From: Vicugna vicugna
Taxonomy: Eukaryota
Length of the DNA: 64,000 nucleotides
Assembly (NCBI GenBank): GCA_013265495.1
Contig: MU058366.1
Coordinates: forward strand, 1-64,000
Direction of reading: 5' to 3'
This document shows, in pieces, positions 38,201 through 50,010 of this stretch (position 1 is its first letter; every line of letters begins with the position of its first letter). Made by a program: the position numbers and the translations under genes. A model generated the notes under the pieces. The model saw only the letters and a program-made list of their open reading frames with translations. It did no database searches and was not told where the DNA came from.

Positions 38201-40919
38201 TAGAAATGTACAATCTCCCAAGACTAAATCAGGATAAAATAGAAAATATGAACATACCAGTCACTAGTAATGAAATTAAATCAATAAGTTAAAAACTCCC
38301 AACAAATGAAACTCTAGTACCAGCTGACTTCACAGGTGAATTCTACTCAGCATTTAGAGAAGAGTTACAACCTATCCTTCCCAAACTAATCCAAAAAATT
38401 TTACAGGAATGGATGCTTCTAAACTTATTCTAAGAAGCCAGCATCACCGTGATACTGAAACCAGACAAAAATATAACAAAAAAGAAAATTATAAGCCAAT
38501 AACACTGATGAACATAGATTCAAAAATCCTCAACAACATATTACCAAATAAAATCCCACAAGACATTAAAAGGATCATACACCATGATAAAATGAGATTT
38601 ATCTTTGGGATGCAAAGGTTTTTCAATATCCTCAAATCAGTTAATGTGGTACAACACATCGACAAGTTGAAGAAGAAAAACCACATGATTATCTCAATAG
38701 ATGTGACAAAGCTTTTGATAAAATCCAACACCCGTTTATGACAGAAACTCTCCAGAAAGTGGGCACAGATGGAACATATCTCAACATAATAAAGGCCACT
38801 TATGACAAACCCACAGTTAACATCATACTCAATGGTGAAAAGCTGAAAGCATTCTAAGATTAAGAACAAGACAAGGATGCCCACTCTTGCCACTTTTATT
38901 CAACATAGTTTTGGAAATCCTAGCTACAGCAGTCTGAGAAGAAAAGGAAATAAAAGGAATCCAAATTGGAAAAGAAGAAGTAAAACTGTAACTGTATGCA
39001 GATGACATGATACTATACATAAAAAATCCTAAAGACACCAGCAAAAAAACTACTACACCTCATCAGTGAATTTGATAAAGTTTCAAGGTACAGAATTAAT
39101 ATACAGAAAATCTGTTGCATTTCTGTACACTAACAACAAACTATCAGAAAGAGAAACTAAGGAAACAATCTCGTTTACAATTGCATCAAAAAGAATAAAA
39201 TACCTAGGAACAAACCTACCTTAGGAGGTAAAAGACCTGTACTCAGAAAATTATAAGACACTGATGAAAGAGATGGAAAATGACACAAAAACAGATGGAA
39301 AGATATACTGTATTAATGGATTAGAAGAATTAGTATTGTTAAAATGACCATACTGTTCAAGGCAATCTACAGATTCAATGCAATCCCTATCAAAATACCA
39401 ACTGCATTTTTCACAGAACTAGAATAAATAACTTAAAAATTCTTATGGAAACACAAAGGACCCCAAATAGCCAAAACAATCTTGAGAAAGAAGTACAGAG
39501 CTGGAGGAATCAGGCTCCCTGACTTCAGACAATACTACGGAGCTACAGTAATCAAAACTGTATGATACTGGTGCAGAAACAGACATAGATCAATGGAACA
39601 GACTAGGGAGCTCAGAAATAAACTAATGCACTTATGATCAATTAATCTATGACAAAGGAGGCAAGAAAATACAATGGAGAAAAGATAGTCTCTTCAATAA
39701 GTGGTGCTGAAACACTGGACAGCTTCATGTAAAAAGAATGGAAATAGATCATTTTCTAACATCACGCACAAAAATAAACTCAAAATGGATTAAAGACATA
39801 AATGTAAGACCAAATACTATAAAACTCCTTAGAGGCAAACATAGGCAGACACTCTTTGACATAAATTACAGCAATATTTTTTTGGATCTGTCTCCTAAAG
39901 CAAAGGAAATAAAAGCAGAAATAAACAAATGGAACCTAATTAAACTTAAAGGCTTTTGAACAACAAAGGAAACCATTGACAAAACAAAAAGACAACCTGC
40001 TGAATGGGAGAAAATGCTTGCAAATGATATGACCAACAAGGGGTTAATATTCAAAATATATAAACAGCTCATACAACAACAACAACAAACAGGCAACTCA
40101 ATTAAAAAATGGGCAAAGACCTGAATAGATATTTTTCCAAATACACACAGATAGCCAATAGGCACATGAAAAGATGCTCAACAGCTTAATCATCAGAGAA
40201 ATGCAAATCAAAACCACAACGAGATATCACCTCACACCTGCCAGAATGGCCATCATCGAAAAGAGCACAAATAACAAATTTTTGCAAGGATATGGGTAAA
40301 AGCGACCCATCCTACACTGTTGGTGGGAATGTAAATTGGTGCAGCCACTGTGGAAAACAGTATGGAGCTTTCTCAAAAAACTAAAAATAGAACTACTATA
40401 TGACCCAGCAGTTCCACTACTGGGTATTTGCCTGAAAAAAAATGATAACTCTAATTTGAAAATATACATACATACATCCTAATGTTCACAGCAGCATTAT
40501 TTACAATAGCCAAGGTACAGAAACAACCTAAGTGTCCATCAACAGATGAATAGATAAAGAAAATGTGGTGTAGAATAGTACTCAGTCATAAAAAATAAAA
40601 GATAAATACTATAAGATATGACCTATATGTGGAATCTACAAAAATTAATAAATGACTATAACAAAACTAAAACAGATTCACATATATAGAGAACAAACAA
40701 GTGGCTACCAGTGGGGAGGGACAAGTTAGAGGTAGAGGAGCAAGAGGTACAAACTATTAGGTATAAAATAAGCTACAAGGATATAGTGGACAACACAGGG
40801 AATATAGCCAGTATTTTATAATAACTGTAAATGGAGTATAACCTTTAAAAATTGTGAATCACCACATTGTACACCTGTAACTTACATAATATTGTACAGC
40901 AACTATACCTCAATAAAAA
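35208..40919 (+). mobile_element. Near full-length degraded L1 in intron 13 lacking the endonuclease region
   Basis: 5'UTR to about 36860; ORF1 (MFQTKEQDKTPEEELSEVEI...) to about 37750; ORF2 resumes at NLWDTAK; RT YADD (tatgcagatgac, about 38995); 3'UTR with AATAAA; many stops. Confidence 0.92.
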
Positions 40920-42581
40920 CTGGTTCCAGGATTGAATAACAGCCTAAAAAATTAATTGGTTCACTGAAAGCCCTGGTTATATCACTGAGGCCAGAGGCTG
41001 GTCTGTATATTTGTAACACTGGCCAAGTCATCTTATGTCTGTGTCACAAATTGGAGTAGGAGACTGGCAGCTGAAGTGTCTCCAAGGGAATTATAATTTA
41101 ATTTTCTTTGCATCTGTGATAATGTCTCCTTTCTTATTTCAACTGTATATATGTGGAATTTCTTATTTTTATTTGGTTTTTATTTTATTGAGTTTTATCA
41201 AAGAATCAAGTCTTCTTTAAGCTCTTGGATTGAGATTTATTAATTAATTAGTATAATTTTAAAATTTATTTTTATTCACACATAATACAAAAAGATGTTC
41301 TCATTACAAAAACTCAACTAGTACAGATATAACTAAGGTTCCTCTTGATCACTATTCCCAATCCCAGGCCCTCCTCACAGTATGGCAGATGCCACTCCAA
41401 ATCTGTTCATGGGAGTTTCATTTTTCCTTTTCTCACCCAGTTACTGTCTTCCTCAGGAAAAGGAAGTATTTGTTTTATTTAAGCTATAACAGTGGAATTT
41501 TAGAGTCAAAAACTGGATTTAAATTACTCATTCCAGCTCAGTCCTGGACTACGCTGAGCCAATGTGGTTTTATACCATCAAAAATATGCTTCAAATATCA
41601 TGAAATTGGGTTCTTATACTCCTTGTCTTCCTATTTTGTAATGTACTCCTTTATTTTGGTAGAAAACATTCTCTAGTCACTTCCTGAGAATGGCTGCACT
41701 AGAGGTAGATTTTTTGAATCCTTGTATATTAGAAAATTTCTTTATTCTCATTTCCCATTTCATTGATTATTTGGCTGCACATAAAATACAGGGTATTCAG
41801 TTAAAATTTTGGTTGCAAATATTGTGTGAGTTTATGAGGATGTTGAGGTAGCTGATGGGTAGGTATATTTTTTTCACTTACGCTTATGCATCTACTTTAC
41901 CACCATGAGATTCCTTCACTCAGGTAATACTGTTCATAGTAGAAATATTTCACTAGCATTATGGTGGGATTTTATATTATTTGTATACTTACTTATCCTA
42001 CAAATTGGCCACAATGGAGGTTAGGCATTGTGTTATGTGATTTGAATGCATTATTAGACACTGTTAGCCTCATTTACAAATTAGAAAATTGGAGCTCAGA
42101 GAGCTCAACTGACTTGCTTAAAGTCACACAGCTGGTAACTCGTAGAACTATGATTTGAACACAGGCAAGCTTATGGTAGAACCTGCACCACTGTGTTATA
42201 CAGCAGTAACAACTAGCCTATATAAAGTTTCCAAATTAAGTCATTGTCATCATCAAAGTGTTCTGTGTGACTATTAAGACTCTTCATTATTGTGTATGTT
42301 AATTACATTTCTCTATTTTATGCTAATATGTTCGTTTCGAATCACAGCCCTTTCTTGTGGTCACAAACATATATCACAACAGCAGCAATGCAAAAACCAC
42401 TTTTACTGCCACTGTTGGAGTATTGTTACATGTGTCAGGGATTTAACCTAACAACCTGCAATATGATGGTACTGACTAGAATTTTTTTCATTTATCTGGG
42501 AATAGAAGAGAACGTCTAACACAGATCTTGCTTGCAACCTAGGTATTGAGTAACCAGAGTCTTATTCTTCCTCATCTCCAG

Positions 42582-45384
42582 GTCTGTGGGTTCTGGGGTG
42601 CCACAACTCAGACTTTCGGAACAGAGGCATGACAGCCTTACTGAAGGTTGACAGCTGTGACAGGAACACTGGTGATTATTATGACAACACATATGAAGAT
42701 ATTCCAACCTTCTTATTGAATGAAAACAATGTCATTGAACCCAGAAGCTTCTCCCAGAATTCAAGGCACCCTAGCACTAGGCAAAAGCAATTGAAAGCCA
42801 CCACAACTCCAGAAAATGACATAGAGGAGATTGACCCTCAATCTGGAGAGAGAACACAGGTCTCTAGTGATTTATTGATGCTCTTGGGACAGAATCCTAC
42901 TCCACATGGATTATCCTTATCTGATCTCCAAGAAGCCAGAAATAGGACTGATAATCATTTACCTGGAGCAATAGAAAGAAATAAGGGCCCATCTGAAGTG
43001 GCACATCTCATCCTAAAGCTCCATCACAGTGGGGAAAGAGTATTTACTTCTGAGCCAGAACTATCATTAAATGAGAATTTAGGGACAACCGTAACAGCAG
43101 AGTTGAATAAACTTGATTTTAACATTTCTAGTTCATCAAAAAATTTAGTGACTTCACCAACAATTCCATCAGGCAAGTTCTCGACAGATACTGAAAAGAC
43201 AGCTTCCTTAAAACCCCCAAATACACCAGTTCGTTTTAGTAGTCAATTAGGCACCATTGAATTTGGTAAAAATTCATCTCACTTTGTTGGGTCTGGGGTA
43301 ACTTTGGCCTTCAGTGAAGAAGATAATGATTCCAAGTTGTCAAAAGCAGCTTTAATGAATAGTCGAGAAAGTTCACTGGGAGAAAACGTATTATCAATGG
43401 AGAGTGATAGGTTAGTTAAAGAGGAACGAGTTCATGGACCTGCTTCATTGACCAAAGATGATGCTTTATTTAAAGTTAATATCTCTTTGGTAAAGACAAG
43501 CAAGACATCAATTAACTCAACAACTAATAGAAAGATTCACATTGATGACCCGACATTATTAATTGACAATAGCACATCAGTCCGGGAAGGTGTTATATTA
43601 GAAAGTAATACTGAGTTTCAAGAAGTGAATTCTTTAATTCATGATGAAACATCTATGGACAAAAATACTACATCTTTGGGACTAAATTATGTGTCAAATA
43701 AAACTATTCCATCAAAAAATATGGAAATGGTCCACCCTGTGCCACTAGATGCAGAACATCCAAACGGCAAAAGCATACTTCTTACTAATGTGGCTAATGT
43801 CCAAGAAAATGATACACACAATCAAGAAAAAATATCTCAGGAAGAGATAGAAAGGAAAGAAAAATTAATCCAAGATAATGTACTTTTGCCTCAGGTGTCT
43901 CCAGTGAGTGAAACTAAGAACTTTCTGAAGAACCTTTTTGTACTAAGCAAAAGTTTAGAGGAGGGGAGATACTCTTCAGTAGTTCAAGACACCAAGTTAT
44001 TCAATGATTCAGCAAAAAGATCAGGGATTCACATGGCCCATTTCTCAATAATAAGGGAGGAAGCAACCTTGGAAGACTTGGAAAATCAAACAAAGAAAAT
44101 GGTAGAGAAGTATCCAAGCACCACAAGTATCTCTCCAAATCCAAGTCAGTGGAATGTTATCGCTCAACGTGGTAAGCGGGATTTGAAACAATTCAGACTC
44201 CCACTGGAAGAAATAAAGCTTGAAAGAGGGGTAATTCTGAATGACAGCTCAACTCAGTGGCCAAAAAACATGAAATATTTGACCCAGGTAGAAGACAACA
44301 AGAAGGAGACAAGGGCCATTACTCAGCCCTTCTTATCAGATTGTCATGGCATCATTCAAACAAATGGCTCCGCATTCCCCATTGCAAAGGTATCAGCATT
44401 TCCATCAATTAGACCTACAGATCTGATCAAGATCCCATCCCAATACAACTCGTCTCATCTAGCATCAGCCTGTAGTTATACCTTTGGGAAAAGGAGTTCT
44501 GGGGTCCACGGAAGCAGTCACTTCTTACAAGAAGCCAAAAGAAATAACCATTCTTTAGCCTTCCTAATGTTGGAAATGATCAGAGGTCAAGGAAGAATCA
44601 GTACTCTATGGAAAAACATCACAAACCCACTCCTGTACAAGAAATTTGACAGCACTATTGTTTTGAAACCAGCCTTGTCTAGAGCATCTGGCAAAGTTGA
44701 ATTTCTTCCTAAAATTAAAGTTCATGAGGAAGACTTTTTCCCTACGAAAACTAGCAATGAGTCTCCTGCCCACCCGGAACTTAGGGAAGAGATCTTCCTT
44801 AAGAAAACACAGGGACTTGTTAAATTGGATAAAGTAAATAAACCTAGAAAAATGCCCTTTCTGAAATGGGCAACGGTAAGCTCTGAAAAGACTCCTTCCA
44901 AGCTGCTGGGTTCCCTTGCTTGGGATAACCAATATACTACTCTGGTACCAAAAGAAGAGTGGAAGTCCCTAGAGAAATCAGAAAAAAGCACAGCTTTAAA
45001 GAGAAAAGACACAATTTTGCCCCTGGACCCTTTTGAAAACAAACATTCAACAGCAGCAATAAATGAAGGACAAGATAATCCCCAAAGAGAAGCCACCTGG
45101 GTAAAACAAGGAGGGACTGGAAGGTTGTGCTCTCAAAAGCCACTAGTCTTGAAACGCCATCAAAGGGAAATAACCTTTACTACTTTTCAGCCAGAGGAAG
45201 ACAAAATTGATTATGATGATACTCTCTTGATTGAAACAAAGAGAGAAGATTTTGACATTTATGATGAGGATGAAAATCAAGGCCCCCGCAGCTTTCAAAA
45301 GAGAACACGACACTATTTTATTGCTGCAGTGGAGCGGCTCTGGGATTATGGGATGAGTGCATCCCCCGATGCACTGAGAAACAG
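42582..45384 (+). CDS. F8: Factor VIII exon 14 (end of A2, a2, B domain 42746-45166, a3, start of A3)
   Basis: ccag|GTCTGT...AACAG|gtatgg; 2803 nt; matches the 931-aa ORF in the track; EPR/SFSQN, QRGKR, RHQR/EIT, DFDIYDE, GPR/SFQK. Confidence 0.98.
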
Positions 45385-45829
45385 GTATGGCTACATTGGT
45401 TGTTCCTTTGTCCTACTATTGTGACCTTTGTCTTTACCACATACTAAAACAATAAGAAAGACATGAGTCTGCAGCAGTGAGACTCCAGAGGTCATTGAAG
45501 AATAGAGGAAACTGAAAAAAAAAGTGGGGCTTACAAAAGGGTAGAGGAGTCAGTCAAGAAGCAACAATGGGGAGCAGGAAGAAAGTCAGCCTCCCCTATC
45601 AGCCTTATGAGCTGCAGGATAAGTCCCATGAGCAAGCCCTGAGAGAGGCATCAGGAAGAAGTGAAGTGTGTGGTAAAGAGGTTGAGGATACAGGGGAAGT
45701 TGTTTTCCATAGTACTGGGGATCCAGAGGGCAAAGTGGGAGAATTTGATTCTTAGGGGAGCAGATGGAGGTTGGACAGGGAAGAGAAAGTACAGAGAAAT
45801 TTGGAAGATAAACATAAAGAGAGTCAATC

Positions 45830-48350
45830 AGTCAACAAATATTTATTGAGCACCAACCATATGGCAGACAATTTCATAGGCAATGGAGAGCAGTAAAGTA
45901 GGTGCTTATATTCTATCAGGATGGGCAAGAGATGATAAACTAGTAGAAAACTAAATAAGGGAATGTTGACTAAATAAAGGGATGGTGCTGCTCAGAAGGC
46001 AGAATCAAATAATATGGTTATTTGCCTGTGGTGGTCAGAGAAATTCTCTTTGTGGAGTTGAGACCTAAATGATAAGAGGTCAGCTAACAGAGCTCTGAGA
46101 GTAGATGTTGCCAGATAAAGGGAACAAGAAATGCAAAAGCCCTGAGAATGAAGAAAGTTAAGCATCTTTGAGGAATAAAAAAGGACCAATATGAATGGAG
46201 TACAGTAAAGAAGTGTAGGGTGGGGGGAGGGACATGAGGTGGCAGAGATGAATGGTCAGATAATATAGTTCCTAGAGGAAGGGTAGATGCCCTCTTCATT
46301 ACTCGTTGTCAATTTCTGACCTTGCGTTCTGCCTGTTTTCTGCCACAAGTGAGCTCTCATTGCTGTACAGCAGCAGTAGAATATTTCCCCTGTCTTTCCC
46401 ACTCTCCCAGACCTGTAGCTTACATTTTCTGCTTTTTCATTAAAGCTCCAACAACCCTTCTTACTCCTAGTTGATGCTGTGCGATGAAGCTCAGCAGCCT
46501 TCCAGCACCGCATTTATTGACATCTGTACCTATATAGTGTCGTCATGCTTATGACGGTAAATGGACTCTCTGTGCTCCTAAGGCCAACCACTCAGGTTTT
46601 CAACTTGATCCCATCTTTTCTCCCCTCGTAAAAAACATTGCTTCAACAATTCCCTTTTTCCCTCTTACATCATCTGTTTCTCCCTCTCCACTGAGTTAGT
46701 CTCATCAGCATCAATCATGCTATTGTTTATCCCCTTATATTTTCAGAAAACATTTAAAGATCATTTTTCCTCCTTGCTGCTTTTGCTTCTTTTCCTCTCA
46801 TTTTTTCTTTAAGCCACTCCAAAGAGGCTTTTATCTCCATTTTTCCACGAAAACTACATTTTCAAGGTCACTTGCTGATGTTTACATTACTAATTCTCAC
46901 TCCTCATCTTAGTTTAACTCTCAGTTGTATTTGATACCTGATTACCCCGCCCTTGATACATGGTCTCACTTGGTCTCTCTGATGCCACATTTTTCTACTA
47001 AATTCACTGCCAATCTTCTTTTGCCAACTTTGCTGGTTCTTCATCTCCCTAACCTTTAAACATTAGAGTGTCCTAGGTATAGTTCTCTTAACCCTCCTCT
47101 TTTCTGTTTACATTCAACCTTGTGATGACCTAATTTACCAGTTGTAAATCTTAACGGGTACACAATTAGACTCTTAATTTCTGCCCCTTCCCCTCTCCAA
47201 GCCTGCTGTTTGCCCAGCCTTTTCCATTGGAAGTCAATGACATTTCCTTCCTTTCAGTTACTCAGACCCCAGACCTTGAAGTTATTCCTAACTCCTCTTT
47301 TCCTCTTTCTCTCTCATGACCACATCTAATCCACTGAAGAATCTTGTTGCCTATCACTTCAAAAATAACCAGATTTTGATAATGGACTGAGTATTGGATA
47401 AGATGAAAATGTAGCGAAATGGAAAGTTAGAGATGGTTGGCAATGGAAAAAACAGGTTACAAAACAACAAGAGAATACATAATAAAATGTTACTCTAGAT
47501 GCTGTGAATGTAATGTTTTTAATTTTAAAATGTTGTTTCTCTGTATTTTCAAATTTTCTATAATACATATGTACTGCCTCTATAATAACAATAAGCTATT
47601 AAAAATAATAAAATCAATAAACACACACTCAATCCAACTACTTCTCTCCACCTCAGTGGCTACCATCCTGGTCTAACTCATCATCAATTCTCACCCAAAT
47701 TATCATAATAGCCTCCTAACTAGCCTTCTGACTTCCAGCCTTGCCTTCATGCAGTGTTTTCCCAACACCATAGTTAAAATAATTTGTCAAATTATAATTT
47801 TGATTACAGTTCTCTGTCTCAAATACCCCAGTGGATTCCCATCTCACCCTGAGTAAATTCCAAAGCTCTCATCATACCCTTCAAGTCTGTGATATTTGAC
47901 CCTCTGAAACTTCACTGCCCTTATTTCCTAACATTGTTTCCTGCTCACACTTCTCCAGCCACACTGGCCACATTGCTCTTCCTCAAATGGAACAAGTATG
48001 CCCCTATCTCTAGGCCTTTGCATTTTCTGTTCTCTGCTTAGAATTCTCTCCCCTAATATCCTAATATTAATTCTATTACTTCCTTCAGGTTGTTGCTCAA
48101 ATTTCATTTTATCTGTGAGCCTTTGCCTTAATATATATCTCCCACCACTCTTTCTCAATGCACTTACTACCACCTGAAATATTATACATTTATTTGTTTA
48201 TTATATATCTTCCCCAACTAGACGGTAAGCTCACTGAGAGCACAAACTTTGAAGATTTTGTTCAATGGCACATCCCCCAAACCTTGAACAGTGCCTAGTA
48301 CATAACAGATGCTCAAATAAATATCTGCTGATTGAATTAGTGAATGATGA
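45830..48350. mobile_element. Cluster of L2 remnants in both orientations
   Basis: L2 3' motifs (caacaaatatttattgagcac; cagtgcctagtacataacagatgctcaaataaat...gaatgaatg). Confidence 0.6.
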
Positions 48351-49269
48351 ATGTATAGAGGCAAGGGCAAGTCTTTCATGTATGTCCAAACTCCAGGGAA
48401 TACCAATTAAATGGAATTGTGTGACACAGCTTCCATGGGCAAAAATGGAGGCATGGAGACCAGTTAAGAGGTTATTGCAGTCATGCAGGTAAGAGAAGGC
48501 AGTTTTTCAGAACAGGGTGATGGTTGTGAAAATTAAAGAAATGGAAGGGTGTTGAGTATAATTTGAAGATGAGCAGAGATTGTTAGACTGAATATGGGGG
48601 GAATGGTGAGAGAGGACTCAGGGAACATTTTTAATTTTTGTCCTAATCAACCAGGTGGATGATGGTGACATTTAATGAGATGTGGAAGGCTTGATATAGA
48701 ACAGATTTATTGGAGAAAATACTCAACAGTCAATTCTGTATATACTTGAGATGCCCATTAGACATCCAAATTGAGATGTCAAGCAGGCAGTTGGATAGGC
48801 ATCTGGAATCCCAGAAAGAGGTCTGTGCTAAAGATATAAATTTGGAGGTTATAAGCATATTAATAGCATTCACATAACACTTGATGGGATGATAAGGGAG
48901 TAAAAGTAGATGTAAACCATGCCCACTTTAAGCTAGGTCCCCAAAGGGCTACATCCTCAAGACAGGTAAACTAGTTAACTTGCACTTTAATAACTTACAT
49001 CCCAGTTTTCTGTCATTTGTGTTGTCCATGAAATCTCTATTCTTGATCATAATTTGAGAAAGTCTTGGATTGGCAGTGCCTGCAGACATCTGACAGAAGA
49101 AAACATAAATCCTCTATAGTGGAAGAAACTAACATTCTAGGCCTCAGGTTATTTTCACAGATCTTCCGGATACAATTTCCAGATCCAGGAATTATCAGAT
49201 ACAGTTATTAAAACACCTATGCATCATGAAGAAAGAATTGGTGAAGTAGTAGATAAATTAAAAGAAATA

Positions 49270-49317
49270 CACAACATTGTAAACTGACTATATCTCAATA
49301 AAAAAGTAAAAATTAAA
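49270..49317 (+). mobile_element. Ultra-short L1 3' tip
   Basis: acaacattgtaaactgactatatctcaataaaaaa flanked by aaaagaaata repeats. Confidence 0.65.
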
Positions 49318-49389
49318 AAAAGAAATAACACAGAATGCAGCATGCAGAGATTTTCTTAATGTAATATAGAAAACAGATAATAAAAGACC

Positions 49390-50010
49390 ATAGCCAACTG
49401 TATTTTCCAAAGATGGATGTGCCAATATATCCTGTCTTATATGCTCTTGTACAATGTGACTTTGCCACTCTCCTATTCAAAAGATAGAATCTAATTGACC
49501 TCCTTTTGATCTGGGCTGGCATTATGACTCATTTGGAACCAATAGAATATAACAGAAATTTGTGACCTGTAGATGTGGTGTAAGTGATGCTATGTGATTC
49601 CTGAGGCTAGGTCAGAAAGTATCATGCAACTTACATCTAGTTCCCTTGGGATGCTTTCTCTGGAAAAAGCCAGCCACCATGTAAGAAATCTGACTACCCT
49701 GGTGCTGCCATACTGGAAACGTGACATATAGGCCCTCTGATCAAGAGTCCCAACTGAGTCCAGCTTTCCAGCATTCTCCACCAAGGCACTAGACATGTGA
49801 ATGAAGCCATTTTGGACCCTCCATACCAGCCCAGATGCCCACTGGGTACCACTGAGTGACATTAGACACCATGAAGAGCAAAACTATTACTTAGCCAAGC
49901 CCTGCTGGGATTCCTGACTTAACAGAATTCAGAAGTTTAATAAAATGGTTTCTGTTTTAAGCCAGTAAGTTTTGAGGTAGTTTGTGATACAGCAACATAT
50001 AACCAAAACA
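49390..50010. mobile_element. MaLR (MLT1G/H-like) LTR
   Basis: MLT1 motifs (ttttaagccagtaagttttgaggtagtttgtgatacagcaa...aca). Confidence 0.65.

Noticed and set aside
14530..40919. Inverted pair of related L1s (intron 4 minus, intron 13 plus) as an inversion substrate like human int22h/int1h
   Set aside because: The copies are visibly diverged and fragmented, with no long near-identical tract.
44606..45143. Antisense ORFs over exon 14
   Set aside because: They are shadows of the coding strand with no recognisable protein features.
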